NCBI GenBank assembly: GCA_964408365.1
Contig: CAYOZB010000001.1
Span: forward strand, 2,157-66,156
Length of the DNA: 64,000 nt
From: an uncultured Halobacteriales archaeon
Lineage (GTDB): Archaea; Thermoplasmatota; E2; JACPAO01
Direction of reading: 5' to 3'
In this document: one piece after another, positions 8,699 to 19,523 of the stretch
How the letters are laid out: each line of letters starts with the position of its first letter
Numbering within the stretch: the first letter of the stretch is position 1
Made by a program: the position numbers and the translations under genes
The notes under the pieces: generated by a model
Seen by the model: the letters and a program-made list of their open reading frames with translations, nothing else
What the model was told of the DNA's origin: nothing
The model's database searches: none

Positions 8699-9613
8699 TC
8701 AACCGGCCCCGTGGAGCGTTGTGATATCGGCGACGACATGGTCCGCACGGTCTTCGGAAACGCCGCGGGAGACCAGGAACTTCTTCGCCTTCGCGGCGTT
8801 GGGTGGGGCAAATTTTGGTCGGAACTTTCGGTCGATGGGATGCGACAAGAACACGTCTCGTACCGCTTCGTACTCGGGCATCTTGCCGCCGCGTTCCGCG
8901 AGCGCCTTCGCCAAGCTTCCGTGGCGTTTGATGATCTGGATCGCCGTCACGGGACCGACGCCGCGCACGCCGTCATTGTAATCGGTGCCGATGAGGATCG
9001 CCGCGTCGACCAATTGTTCCCGCGTCAAGCCCGCTGCGGCCAGCGATGCTTTGAGGTCAAGGAGCTCCGGCGGACGCGTCTTGCTCTGCGTCAGGTTGCG
9101 AAGCGCACGAGGCGCGCCAAAAAGCGCGATGTCCCAATCCTGCGTCACCGCGGCCCACGCGTCCCCATCTTGCGCAAGATGCGCGCATTGCGCATCCGAC
9201 TCACCGGGGGCGACCATGTTGGGGATGCCCAACGCGTCGAGCAACGTGCGGCATTCCGCCAGGTCCTCCGGGGTGACTTCGATGCCCGCCTGCGTATCGC
9301 CCCGGGCGCGGGCGGCCTCGATCTTTTCCACGCGACCGATGAGGGTCGCCTGTTTCAGCTCCGGTTGGACACCATCGAAGATCCACGCACTCTTGACGCC
9401 CCACGCAGCGTAGGCGCGCAACCGGCCCACGAGCCCGTACAGGTGCGCCATCGGGCGACCATCCGGCGCGCGCGGGAAATCACCGGTCGCCCCCAGCGCG
9501 GTGGCGAAGGCCCAGATGAGGTTGTCCGCGTCGACGGCGACGACCCTGCCGGATAGTTTCGTCGGATCGAACGGGACCGGCGAGAGGATCTTGCGGAGGG
9601 CGGAGAGTCCCAC
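8699..9613 (-). CDS. fen: Flap endonuclease FEN-1/XPG-family nuclease
   Basis: GTG start MGLSAL; VAVDA, IFDG, APGESDAQCA, TQDWD..LFGA and LIGTDY motifs. Confidence 0.9.
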   Translation of the reverse strand: MGLSALRKILSPVPFDPTKLSGRVVAVDADNLIWAFATALGATGDFPRAPDGRPMAHLYGLVGRLRAYAAWGVKSAWIFDGVQPELKQATLIGRVEKIEAARARGDTQAGIEVTPEDLAECRTLLDALGIPNMVAPGESDAQCAHLAQDGDAWAAVTQDWDIALFGAPRALRNLTQSKTRPPELLDLKASLAAAGLTREQLVDAAILIGTDYNDGVRGVGPVTAIQIIKRHGSLAKALAERGGKMPEYEAVRDVFLSHPIDRKFRPKFAPPNAAKAKKFLVSRGVSEDRADHVVADITTLHGAG

Positions 9614-9942
9614 GATTCCCGAAACCGCCTGCATCTGATGGAGTTTTTGCCAGAGCAGGCCAGCCGTTCGAATCGTGGCCCGCGGTGGGATTATCAAAGG
9701 GCTCGAGAATCTTGCTGGTTTCCCTGCGTTCGGACCAGTTGTATCGGGCGCTCCAACCGTGATGACCGACCAACGAATCTGAGCAAGTGGTTTCGGAGCC
9801 TTTCCGCGGCTTCCGCGAATGTTACCGATTGGGAGAGAAAACGTAAATGATGGCCGCGCAAAGCGCGTGCGCATCGTTATCATTGGATGGGCAGTCCCAG
9901 CGCCTACCTCTTGTAAGGGGCCATCAAGGAGGAACAAGAACA

Positions 9943-10413
9943 ATGCGTACCCGAGGAAGTTGGACCATTACGATTGTGACCGGAGCATTCCTGACCATGG
10001 CGCTCGCCGCACCGATGGCGGCAAGCTATGCGGAGGCCGAAGCCAGCGTGGACATGAGCGGACTCGGAGGATGGACTTGCACGGCGCGGATCGAATACTA
10101 TGCGTACGCCGACGTCCCAGTTTTTGACATCGGGGCAACCGTCCTCGCTGAGGGTTCCGGCACCGCAGCGCCAACGCTCGCCGACTCCGGAATGGCACCC
10201 GCAAAGACATCTGCTAGCGTTGACTGGGACCAGACAATCTCCGTGCCGGCCGGCGAATTCGCTGTAGCCTTTGCGCACGCCCGTTCCCAAGGAATCATCA
10301 GCGGCACGCAGGACGCCACGATGGACGATGACGCCCAATGCGAAGAAGGCGTGGCTGACGAACTGTGCGAGCTTAATCTCGCGTTCTGCGACCCCCTGCG
10401 ACCGAAACCTTAG
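9943..10413 (+). CDS. Secreted hypothetical protein
   Basis: AGGAGG SD; signal peptide; Cys-containing C-terminus. Confidence 0.7.
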   Translation: MRTRGSWTITIVTGAFLTMALAAPMAASYAEAEASVDMSGLGGWTCTARIEYYAYADVPVFDIGATVLAEGSGTAAPTLADSGMAPAKTSASVDWDQTISVPAGEFAVAFAHARSQGIISGTQDATMDDDAQCEEGVADELCELNLAFCDPLRPKP

Positions 10414-10467
10414 CGAGCAACCTACTTCTAACCGCGTGGAGTATCACCTGGGAAGGGTTTGGTAACA

Positions 10468-11976
10468 ATGAGACGCGGCTTCTCCGTCCTTCTCATCCTC
10501 ATGTTCATGCCGTGGGCTGGCTGCCTTGAAAGCCTCGCTGACACGGGCGAGTGCACCGTACATCTCCCAGCTGTGACGGCAGGCGACACGTACCTCTACG
10601 AGGCAAATGGGTCCCTTGCACACATCTACACGACAGCTGGCGCCGTCACCCATTGGACCGCTGTAGACGATACTTGGACGGAGGGCAACCTTGCGTTCGG
10701 AGGCATCCTGACCGTCAACAAGGGAGCAACGCTGAAAATTCGGATCGCAGACCAGCCAATCCCGCGCCTCCAGTACCAAGGCCTGGTGCGGCCGGCCTAT
10801 CAAATTGCGTACGAAGTGAAAGACCCCGCGCACGAACCCGTTTTCCACTACGTGGACGAATGGATGGATGCCGAATCAGGGGACTTGGTGGCCGCCAGCT
10901 TGCGTGCCACATATGATTTTGGCGACGACCAAGACCATCTTATCCGCCTCATGCGGGACGGCCGCGCTCCATTATTCATTTCTGGCGCCTTGCCGTCGGA
11001 ACTAGAAGCGGGGCACCGAATTGGGATTAACTCGGCCCCGGAAGTTCGCGGCGGACCACGCGCTCGAGCCGAACGAATTGAAGGAGGAGCGGCTCTGGAC
11101 GGTAGCGTACAGCGCACGGAACTCATCCGCGGCGTGTGTCATGCATTCGTCGAGATCGAGTACAGCGAACTAAGAAACACGCGTTCTGAAATTCAGATAC
11201 AAATCCGTGCCACATACCGGGACGGGCGTCCCCTCCCTGTCGAATACACCGAACACTATCCGCCGTCCTTCGGGTATCTCGACATGAAGTTGGTCCTAGC
11301 GGAGTACAGGGGGGCCAATGGCGCGGCCCTGCCAGAATGGAACCCGCCTTCCCGACAAAATGGCTCCCTAAAGACACAGATCGCGCCCGATGGCTTCTTG
11401 CCTTACACGAAGAACATCTTCCCGACCACATTCGCGGAAGCGGAACAGGCAATCCGCGCGGACGAAGTCGCCGCGACATGGCTCAACGCAAGGGCCGATG
11501 CAACCTTGCTTGAGGTGAGGCACGTCATGGGTGACCCATCGACCGACGCCGTAGACCAGTGGGAGATAACATGGGCGGACAACGAAAAAGCGCTTCTCAC
11601 GGCCACCGCCACGAAGCGCCGCTCATTATTGCCTGATACACCCGTGACGAAACGCGAGGAAATTCAGGTCACGACCAAGCTGGGCGACAAAGCCGACGAC
11701 CTTCCTGGGCCGGTGACACCAAGGATCGCTCTTGATGACATGGACAAGTTGTCAAGGACGTTCTACAAAGAACCGTTGGAATTTCTCTCGTGTGACTTCT
11801 TCCGAAATGATTGCTGGTTTGGATCCCACAATGTTACGGGGTGGCCGAAGGCCGGGGAGACGGGCGGCGGCCTGCCGCAACCGGGCCTAATGATATTCCT
11901 TGAGGCCGGGTGGCTGTTCATGGAACAATCCTATGCGCAGCGCGCATTAGACGACGCGGCCGCCCCAGAGGCCTAG
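10468..11976 (+). CDS. Hypothetical lipoprotein
   Basis: Signal 'MRRGFSVLLILMFMPWAGC'; about 500 aa; GC looks lower than the flanks. Confidence 0.7.
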   Translation: MRRGFSVLLILMFMPWAGCLESLADTGECTVHLPAVTAGDTYLYEANGSLAHIYTTAGAVTHWTAVDDTWTEGNLAFGGILTVNKGATLKIRIADQPIPRLQYQGLVRPAYQIAYEVKDPAHEPVFHYVDEWMDAESGDLVAASLRATYDFGDDQDHLIRLMRDGRAPLFISGALPSELEAGHRIGINSAPEVRGGPRARAERIEGGAALDGSVQRTELIRGVCHAFVEIEYSELRNTRSEIQIQIRATYRDGRPLPVEYTEHYPPSFGYLDMKLVLAEYRGANGAALPEWNPPSRQNGSLKTQIAPDGFLPYTKNIFPTTFAEAEQAIRADEVAATWLNARADATLLEVRHVMGDPSTDAVDQWEITWADNEKALLTATATKRRSLLPDTPVTKREEIQVTTKLGDKADDLPGPVTPRIALDDMDKLSRTFYKEPLEFLSCDFFRNDCWFGSHNVTGWPKAGETGGGLPQPGLMIFLEAGWLFMEQSYAQRALDDAAAPEA

Positions 11977-12113
11977 AGGTGACCGTTCGGCTTTCGGCCC
12001 GATTGGCGCAAGCAACCGGACGAGCTCGGTTATCAGGACAAGCCACCGACGCACCGACCCACTTTCACCCATCCCCTCCCGTTCCCTAAGTACCATGAAG
12101 CCCGAATGCGTCG

Positions 12114-13094
12114 ATGTTGGCCGGAGGGACCCCAGCGCCAAGTCTCGAGGAAGCAGCGAACGCCATCCTCGAAGAAGTCCAGGGCACACTCGACCATCCC
12201 CTCGAATTCTTGCCGATCCAAGTCGCAAAGCACGGGCGACGTTGTGCTGCCGTCGACGGTGGCTCGACGGTCGTCCTCAACGCGCGCACCGCCGGCATGT
12301 ACGCCATCCGAGCGGGGTACGCGCTTCGCGAACCCGACGACCGCCACTTGCTCCGGATCTCCTCCAACACGTGGCGGACCGCCACGAAACGTTCCACCGG
12401 CCGACTCTGGACCGAACTCAAACGCCACTACGCGTGGGGCGTCGACGTGGAGGCTCCGAAAATCGACGCGGCGCGCCTCGTCCCGCAATTGGCGGAAGCA
12501 GAACGGGTGCTCGCCGAGTTCGACGCCTCTCGCCGCGCCCTCAAGGAACTCCGCTCCGGCGATCTTCTCCTCGTCGACGGATCGTTCGACGATGAAGAAC
12601 GGTTCGCTCCGCTTCGAGAGAACCTTCTCGAATGGGCCGAAGCCGGCGGCGTTGGCGTCATCGGCGTGTCCAAGGACACGAGCCTGTCCGTCGGGGGCAT
12701 CCTACCGTTCACGTTGGAACTCGAAGAGTTGAGCGCGTCGCGAAAAGTGACGGCCCCTTGGATGGTGGATGTCACCGCTGCGCTTGGTTACGGCGAACGG
12801 GGATTCCAAGTGTTCGGCATGCAATTCGACACGCGCTCCACGCCCTACCGGGTCGACGTGTCGGGGGTCGACGCGGCGGAGGCAGCCTCGTTCTTGCTGA
12901 GCCTCTGCAACGATCCGGCGTACGCGGGCTACCCCTACCCACTTGCGCGTGTGCACCAACGGGTGCATTACGAAAGCGGCGAATCGATGGACCTGCGACG
13001 CGAACTCGAAGGCATCGTTGCGCGACGACGAGGCCACCGGCTCAGTATGCGACTCTTTGGAAACGGACGGGACGTGCTGGAACTTGCCAACTGA
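12114..13094 (+). CDS. nurA: NurA 5'-3' nuclease
   Basis: AAVDGGS, LLLVDGS, GVSKD and GYPYPLARVH motifs; coupled to herA. Confidence 0.92.
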   Translation: MLAGGTPAPSLEEAANAILEEVQGTLDHPLEFLPIQVAKHGRRCAAVDGGSTVVLNARTAGMYAIRAGYALREPDDRHLLRISSNTWRTATKRSTGRLWTELKRHYAWGVDVEAPKIDAARLVPQLAEAERVLAEFDASRRALKELRSGDLLLVDGSFDDEERFAPLRENLLEWAEAGGVGVIGVSKDTSLSVGGILPFTLELEELSASRKVTAPWMVDVTAALGYGERGFQVFGMQFDTRSTPYRVDVSGVDAAEAASFLLSLCNDPAYAGYPYPLARVHQRVHYESGESMDLRRELEGIVARRRGHRLSMRLFGNGRDVLELAN

Positions 13095-14664
13095 ACATGA
13101 CGTCGGACGCATCACGGGAAAAAGCGTTATGGAGCTTGAGCTCCGCGTCCCCTACCGACTCGACGTGAGCCTCGGAGAGATGCTCGTCGGCGTCGAGGAA
13201 GGATCAGAACGGACGTTCCTGCTCCGCGTCACGAACATCCTTCACGGCGCCGAGTCGACCCACGATGACTGGGAGCACCGCGTCGCCGGCTCGATGATGC
13301 GCCTCGACAAGGAGAACGCCAAGTACGATCTCCACGACCGAGAAGAGCGACTGTATCAGGTCGCGGTCGCAACGCCCTTGGGGTTCATCGACAAGGAAGA
13401 GTCGCCGCCCCGGCTTCGCAAACCAAAAACGCTTCCGCCGCAGTTTTCCCTGGTCCGGCGCCTCAATAAGGAGGATCTCGAATTCCTCGCTTCCTACGAG
13501 CAAGACATCCCCATCGGGAAACTCCGAAGCGGATCCCATACGTTGGAGCAGCGCGTCGGAATCCACGGCCGGTACCTGGGCCACCACATCGGCGTGTTCG
13601 CGACGACGGGCATGGGAAAGAGCAACCTCATGAAGACCTTCGGCGCGAGCATCATGCGTTCGCACCGGTACGGCATGCTCGTCTTCGATCCCCATGGCGA
13701 ATACTATGATGGAGGCGCGGGCGTCCTGCCGGACGGACGGAAGCTGCAGGGCCTCATCCATTCGCCCGACGCGGCCGAGCGGCTCGTCGTGTACTCGTCG
13801 CGCCAACTTTCCGGCCCATACAACCAACTCAAGATCAGCGCCGCCGAGATCACGATCGCGGACCTCAAGGCCGTTTACACGTTCTCTCAAGCCCAGGAGG
13901 AATGCTTGTGGGCGCTCAACGCAGTCTACGGGGAAACATGGCTCCTCGATCTCGCATCGTCCAGTCCTGAGGAGCTCAACATCCACTTCGGCTCGAAATT
14001 CCACGAGATGACCCTGGCCGTGCTCAAGCGGCGCGCGGAGCAGGTCCTTCGGTTCGATGTCGTGCACGCCGACCCCGGCGTCACGGTGACGCCTGGGATC
14101 TTGAAGGCGCTCGAGGAAGCGCGGTTGGTCCTCGTGGACACGGCGAGCTTGTGGGAACCCGAGGAACTCCTCGTTTCCGCCGTATTGGCGCGCAGTGTCT
14201 TGAAACGCAACAAGGAGCGGTTCAAGCGCCCCGTAGAATTCCAGGCGACGCCGCATGTGATCATCGCGATGGAAGAAGCGCAACGCGTGCTCGCGAACCG
14301 CGAGGGCGAAGCATCCGTGTTCGCTCAGATCGCGCGTGAGGGTCGCAAGTTCAAGACCGGCTTGTGCGCGATCACGCAGCAGCCGAAGCTGATCCCCGAG
14401 GAGCTCCTATCCCAGTTCAACACGTTCTTCATCCTGGGCTTGGCCGACGAACGAGACCGGGAGATCATCGTCGGCAGCGCCAAGCAGGACATGGGTGCGT
14501 TGGTGCATGAGATCCAGACGTTGGAACCGGGCGAGGCGATCATCGCGTCGCCGAACGTGCCCTTTGCGGTCCCCGCCAAGGTCGACCTGTATGAGGACCT
14601 CTTGCCGACGCTGACGCGCAATGGCGTGAAGCTCGTCTCGCCGTTGCCGAAGGCGTTCTACTGA
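13084..14664 (+). CDS. herA: HerA helicase/ATPase
   Basis: HAS-barrel N-terminus; Walker A ATTGMGKS; FDPHGEY, MEEAQ, REGRKF and TQQP; TTG start overlaps the nurA stop. Confidence 0.93.
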   Translation: MPTEHDVGRITGKSVMELELRVPYRLDVSLGEMLVGVEEGSERTFLLRVTNILHGAESTHDDWEHRVAGSMMRLDKENAKYDLHDREERLYQVAVATPLGFIDKEESPPRLRKPKTLPPQFSLVRRLNKEDLEFLASYEQDIPIGKLRSGSHTLEQRVGIHGRYLGHHIGVFATTGMGKSNLMKTFGASIMRSHRYGMLVFDPHGEYYDGGAGVLPDGRKLQGLIHSPDAAERLVVYSSRQLSGPYNQLKISAAEITIADLKAVYTFSQAQEECLWALNAVYGETWLLDLASSSPEELNIHFGSKFHEMTLAVLKRRAEQVLRFDVVHADPGVTVTPGILKALEEARLVLVDTASLWEPEELLVSAVLARSVLKRNKERFKRPVEFQATPHVIIAMEEAQRVLANREGEASVFAQIAREGRKFKTGLCAITQQPKLIPEELLSQFNTFFILGLADERDREIIVGSAKQDMGALVHEIQTLEPGEAIIASPNVPFAVPAKVDLYEDLLPTLTRNGVKLVSPLPKAFY

Positions 14665-15281
14665 TCGGCTGAAGCAGGCTTCGGAGCGGGGTCGGGGGCC
14701 GGTGCCGGCGCTGCTTGGGTCGGAATCGGTCGGGCGGGGTCCTCCGGGTGTCGGAGACTGAACACCCAGACCGAGATGCGGCTGGAAAGTCGGGCGACCT
14801 TTCCGTCGACGACCTTCCAAAAACTAGGGAAGTACACGGTGGACAGCATCCAGGCGCTGATGGAGACGACGAGGACGAACATCTCGGGGTGGTCGTCCCG
14901 GTAGGTGATGCCGGAGACGATGAGTCCGGCTTGGTCGACGATGAGGCCCAGTCCGGTGCCGTAGAGCACGGCGGCGATGCGGGTGATGGCGACCCCTTTG
15001 TAGTGGAGGCCGACGAACCCGGCGATGCCAAGGAACAGGATGCCGGTCACGATGTGGTGGGGATGGTAGCCGAAGATGACGGTCTTGCCGCCCATCTCGA
15101 ACACGTTCTCCACGCCGACGGGTGGCACTTTGGCGAAGTAGGTGACCCAGACGCGGGCCCACAAGAAGGCGGCGAGGAAGCTGATCCAAATGAGGAACCG
15201 AGTGTCGCCTCCCCGGGTGCGGAACTCTCGGCGCACCATCCTGGGGACCCACGTAACAAAGCGGGCCAGAGAAGAGGACAC
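14658..15281 (-). CDS. Membrane protein (about 4 TM)
   Basis: Hydrophobic helices with 'HPHH..TG' and 'GLGLIVDQ' motifs. Confidence 0.75.
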   Translation of the reverse strand: MSSSLARFVTWVPRMVRREFRTRGGDTRFLIWISFLAAFLWARVWVTYFAKVPPVGVENVFEMGGKTVIFGYHPHHIVTGILFLGIAGFVGLHYKGVAITRIAAVLYGTGLGLIVDQAGLIVSGITYRDDHPEMFVLVVSISAWMLSTVYFPSFWKVVDGKVARLSSRISVWVFSLRHPEDPARPIPTQAAPAPAPDPAPKPASADQ

Positions 15282-15349
15282 AACCCCCTTCTTTCCCCGG
15301 ACGAGTACCTAAAGTTTCGCTTGGCTCTCGCAGGTTGGTTGGGGCGGTG

Positions 15350-16795
15350 CTAGCCCGTGGCGGGTTGGAATTCCCCGAGTTCGACCTTGAGGAAAATGTA
15401 GAACGTGAGCCAGAGGTAGGTCTCGAAGGTCTCCGCCATGAGGGCTTCGCCGAACGCGACCTCTTCGGGGGTGAGTTCGGATTCAAAGTCGACGGGGAAG
15501 TTCCAGACCATGTAGCGGGTCCAATTGTCCAGGGTGTCGCGTTGGTTGTGGATGCCGATGGGCGTGTTGAGGGCGTCCCCGTTGAACAGGAAGTAGCTCG
15601 GAACGCCAGCGGCGATGAAACTGGTGTGATCGCTTTGGGCGTTGACGCCCGCGTACCCATTGACTTGGCCACCGCCGACGCCTTCGTAGAGGAAGTACGA
15701 GTCGGGCCAGCCGACCGCCACCTGGGTCTGGATCTCGTGTCCGAGGCCGAGAAGGTTGTCGGCCATGGGGCCGTCGGGGCCGGCGCTCACGATCAACGGG
15801 TCCGGGCAAAAGAAGGGGGCTTGGGCGGTGTGGGCCGGACGGATGGTGCAGTCCGGCACGGTGCCGTCGTTGGACACGGGTGCGGGTCCGGGCCAGGAGA
15901 ACCCGTTCACGTCGAGGTTGACATAGGTACGCATCTGTGCAGCGACGTTCGGGTTCGTCCGGACATAGAATTGGGAGCCTTGAAGCCCAGATTCTTCGCC
16001 GCCCCACAGTCCGAACAGCATGTTGTGGTCGGTGGAGACGTTGGCCATGGCGCGGGCGAACTCGAGGGTGGCGAGGGTACCGGCCGTGTTGTCGAAAGCG
16101 CCTTCCGTCGTGCCCGCGACGACGTCGTAGTGTCCGCCTACGCCGAGCATTTGGGGGTGGGCGAGGTCGGTCTTCGGGTACTTCATGGCGACGACGTTGG
16201 CAAACGGGGGATTGAGGGCGTTGGTGCCGTACGGATCGACTTCGACGTTGTTGTAGCCAAAACTCCGGAACAAGCCGGCGAAGTATTGTTGGGAACGGGC
16301 GTAGTTCGGGCAGCCCTGGCAACGGTTCGGATAGTCGGCACGTTGGACCTTGTACCAATCAACGATGTTCTCGCCCTGGAAGAACCCGGCCGTGGTCTCG
16401 GGCGTCTCGACCTTGACGACGTCGCCGTCGACAGTGAGGGAGACCTCCGTCATGCCGGGTGGGATCAGGAGCGTCAATTGGCTGCTGGGGGTCACGGTGG
16501 CAAGGTGTTCGACGGCGAAACGTTTCGTCGCGGGATCGAACAGGTAGACATTCTCGGGGAAACCGATGATGGCCGCTTTGTCGCCATGCCACGAGAACGT
16601 GGACAGCGCGCCGGAAGCGGTTTTCGCGTCGAATCGGCCCGAACCAGTGTCCACCGACGATTCCAGGTAACCGTTGACGACGTCCGCGAGCTGGGCCTCA
16701 TCCGGGGGCACCTCGGGGCCGTCCTGCGCGCTGAGGCACCCGGCTGAGACAAGGCCGACGACGATCACGAGCGAAGCAACGAAACGGACGGCCAC
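15350..16795 (-). CDS. M28-family metallopeptidase, lipoprotein
   Basis: SAGC lipobox; GGHYD, GAFDNTAG, GEESGLQGS, NLD, SDH and H..D motifs. Confidence 0.9.
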   Translation of the reverse strand: MAVRFVASLVIVVGLVSAGCLSAQDGPEVPPDEAQLADVVNGYLESSVDTGSGRFDAKTASGALSTFSWHGDKAAIIGFPENVYLFDPATKRFAVEHLATVTPSSQLTLLIPPGMTEVSLTVDGDVVKVETPETTAGFFQGENIVDWYKVQRADYPNRCQGCPNYARSQQYFAGLFRSFGYNNVEVDPYGTNALNPPFANVVAMKYPKTDLAHPQMLGVGGHYDVVAGTTEGAFDNTAGTLATLEFARAMANVSTDHNMLFGLWGGEESGLQGSQFYVRTNPNVAAQMRTYVNLDVNGFSWPGPAPVSNDGTVPDCTIRPAHTAQAPFFCPDPLIVSAGPDGPMADNLLGLGHEIQTQVAVGWPDSYFLYEGVGGGQVNGYAGVNAQSDHTSFIAAGVPSYFLFNGDALNTPIGIHNQRDTLDNWTRYMVWNFPVDFESELTPEEVAFGEALMAETFETYLWLTFYIFLKVELGEFQPATG

Positions 16796-16973
16796 CTGTG
16801 GGGCTTCGTGCCGCGTCTATTAGACCATTTCTACAACGCCTCGGTATTTCGGGGAAAAGGGTCCGAGTTGTCCTAGAAAAACCGAAACATGGTCGGGTCC
16901 GAAACCTACCAGTCGGCAGACTCGTCATTTTTCGGCCAAAAACCTCCCATTCCATTGTTTCCCGTTCGGGCTC

Positions 16974-19283
16974 CTACTTGACGGGGACTATGGCGGACGC
17001 CGGGGCCGGGCTCGCCGCGCCTGCCGCGGCCTCGATCTGGACCGCGGTGCCGAGAACGACGAGTACGTCGTGCGCCTTCAGCACTTCGGCGGGCCCTGGG
17101 TTCGTGACGCCTTCGACGCCGCGCTGGATGAGCACCACATGCAGGCCCTGGCGGGCCCGCAACGCGAGCTCCTCCAGGCTCTTGCCGATCCAGGGCGAAT
17201 CCTCCGGGACGACGACGCGTCCGGGCTTCAGTTCCTCGGACGGCAGGTGGAGAGGCATCTTGCGAGCAAGGAGGGCCCGGGCACTTGCGACCTGCTCCGG
17301 GTTGCCCATCAAGGTCAACCGGTCGCCTCCAAGGATCGGAATGTCCTTGGCGGGGATGAGTTGGCCCCCGTTGTCTCGCTCGATGAGGATGATGCTTGCG
17401 CCCGTCGTGCTACGAATCCCCAATTGCTCGACGGTCTTGTCCCTCGCCCAGGCATCGGGCGTGACCACCGCGTGCTCGATGGTCGCCTGCAAGGGGAATT
17501 CGTGCGACAAGAACCCTTGGAGGGCCTCCGGGGCCGAGACGGGCACGTGCTTCGCCTCAAGCAGGGCGCCGACGCTCTCCCGGATGCGGCGATGGAGGCG
17601 TCGGATCTGGGTCCACAGGAGCAACACGGCCCCCGCCACCATCCCGATCCAGATGGCAGCGACGGTCGGTTCTGCGAGGAAAGAGCGTGTCGCGATCACG
17701 AGCGGGAGCCCCAGGAGGACGGTGGCGGCGACCACGAAGCTGTATTGCACGACCCCTCGGACCCCGAGGCCTTTCTGGTCTCCGGAGCGTACGCGGTGCG
17801 CCTCCTCCACCCAACGCCGGCCGGCTCGCTGCATCTCGAACCCAACGGGGAAGAGGAGTGCCGTCACGAAGGCCCAGTACGCGGGGAGCGCCACGCCCAC
17901 GTCAAGGCCCACCTCTTGTTCGAGGAACCGGACGCCGGGCGGTCGAAGAACGGGGGCCGCGCTGATGAGGAGCGCCGCGAGGAGGGCGGCCACGATGGCG
18001 TCGTGCCGGGAGCGGCGCACGGCCTGGGTCTGTTCGGGGCCAGGGCGCTCCCGGACCGAGCGCATCCAGGTGGAGTACACGGAGCCGTAGGTGCGCAGCG
18101 CCGGGAACGCGAGCCGACCCAGGATTCCGCTGATCCTTTCGTCGTGGCGGATGAGAAGGGGGCTCGCGAACGAGGTGATGCCGGCCGTTCCTACGATGAG
18201 CGGGAACAGGAAGGGGCTCATGGTGCCGGTCGCGAGGCCGAGCGCGGCGATGACAAAGCTGAACTCTCCCACTTGGGCAAGCGCGAGGCCCACGGCCACC
18301 GAGGTGGCGGGGGAATAGCCCGCGAGGAAGGTGGCCGCGGTGCCGCTCACGAGCTTCCCGACGACGATGACGGCAACGAGTAGCAAGACCTCGGGTACGT
18401 GGTCGGCGAGAACCGCGAAGTCGACCAGGGTGCCGATGCTTACGAAGAAGATCGCTGCGAAATAGTCGTGCACGGGGCGGACGCGCTCCTCGATGTCCTT
18501 CCGTCGCTTCGCTTCGGAGAGGACGGCGCCCACGACGAAGGCCCCGAGGCCGACGTGGAAGCCCATTGCGGCGCTAAGCGCGGCACCGCCGAGCGCAACG
18601 GCCAGTACGAAGAGAACGAGCACCTCGGGACGAAACCGTTCGGCGATGTGGTCGGCGAGCCGTGGCAATGCGACCAACCCGAACAAGAGGAGCGCCAGTA
18701 GGAAGAGCGTCATCCGCAGAAGGGCAACCAGTGCATCCCGCACGGGGATGTCCCCCGTCGCGGCGTACCCGCTCAGCAAGGCCAGCATGACGACGGCAAC
18801 GACGTCTTCGAGGACGAGAACGGCGAAGATGATCCTTGAAGAATCGGCATCGAGGCGCCCCTGCTCCCGCAGGACGCTCACGATGATCGCGGTGCTGCTG
18901 ATGCTCAGCATGGCGCCGAGGAAGACGGAGTCCACGGGTGACCAGCCGAGAAGATTTCCGGCTTCGTAGCCGAGCCAGAAAACGAACAGCACCTCAAAGA
19001 GCGTGATGAGGAACGCGGCGCCGCCGACCTTGCGAAGTCCCCGCAGGTTGAAGTCGAGGCCGAGCCCGAAGAGGATCAGCACGATGCCGAGGTCGGCGAG
19101 CGTGCGAAGGCTGAACTCGTCTTGGACGAGGGAGAAGGGCGACGTGTGGGGGCCGATGATCACGCCTGCGGCGAGCAGGCCGAAGACCAGCGGGAAGCGG
19201 AGGCGCTGGAATAGCAGGGTCGTGAGGGCCGCGATGACCGTGACGACCGCGAGGTCCTGGAGGAACTGGAATTCGGTCGCCAC
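16974..19283 (-). CDS. CPA2 cation:proton antiporter with two TrkA_C (RCK_C) domains
   Basis: ISSTAII, VLEDV, LGAFVVG and QVGEFSF; two C-terminal RCK_C repeats. Confidence 0.92.
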   Translation of the reverse strand: MATEFQFLQDLAVVTVIAALTTLLFQRLRFPLVFGLLAAGVIIGPHTSPFSLVQDEFSLRTLADLGIVLILFGLGLDFNLRGLRKVGGAAFLITLFEVLFVFWLGYEAGNLLGWSPVDSVFLGAMLSISSTAIIVSVLREQGRLDADSSRIIFAVLVLEDVVAVVMLALLSGYAATGDIPVRDALVALLRMTLFLLALLLFGLVALPRLADHIAERFRPEVLVLFVLAVALGGAALSAAMGFHVGLGAFVVGAVLSEAKRRKDIEERVRPVHDYFAAIFFVSIGTLVDFAVLADHVPEVLLLVAVIVVGKLVSGTAATFLAGYSPATSVAVGLALAQVGEFSFVIAALGLATGTMSPFLFPLIVGTAGITSFASPLLIRHDERISGILGRLAFPALRTYGSVYSTWMRSVRERPGPEQTQAVRRSRHDAIVAALLAALLISAAPVLRPPGVRFLEQEVGLDVGVALPAYWAFVTALLFPVGFEMQRAGRRWVEEAHRVRSGDQKGLGVRGVVQYSFVVAATVLLGLPLVIATRSFLAEPTVAAIWIGMVAGAVLLLWTQIRRLHRRIRESVGALLEAKHVPVSAPEALQGFLSHEFPLQATIEHAVVTPDAWARDKTVEQLGIRSTTGASIILIERDNGGQLIPAKDIPILGGDRLTLMGNPEQVASARALLARKMPLHLPSEELKPGRVVVPEDSPWIGKSLEELALRARQGLHVVLIQRGVEGVTNPGPAEVLKAHDVLVVLGTAVQIEAAAGAASPAPASAIVPVK

Positions 19284-19523
19284 GCCGCCAATGCATCAGG
19301 CGTACGTCGCTAAAGCCTTCCCAAACGGTTCCGAGGGGAGCATTGCCGCCGCTCCCGCTTCTTCCGTTCGCGCCGTCCGAAAAGACAACCAAAAGGGGAA
19401 AATCAGGCGACGCAGACGCACCGTCGCGGGCAAGAACGAGCCACGAACGGAATTTCCTACTTTCACCCAACCCCCCGAACCTGATATCACCCTCGCCGGC
19501 CCAGCAGTCCTGCAGGTCGTGGT

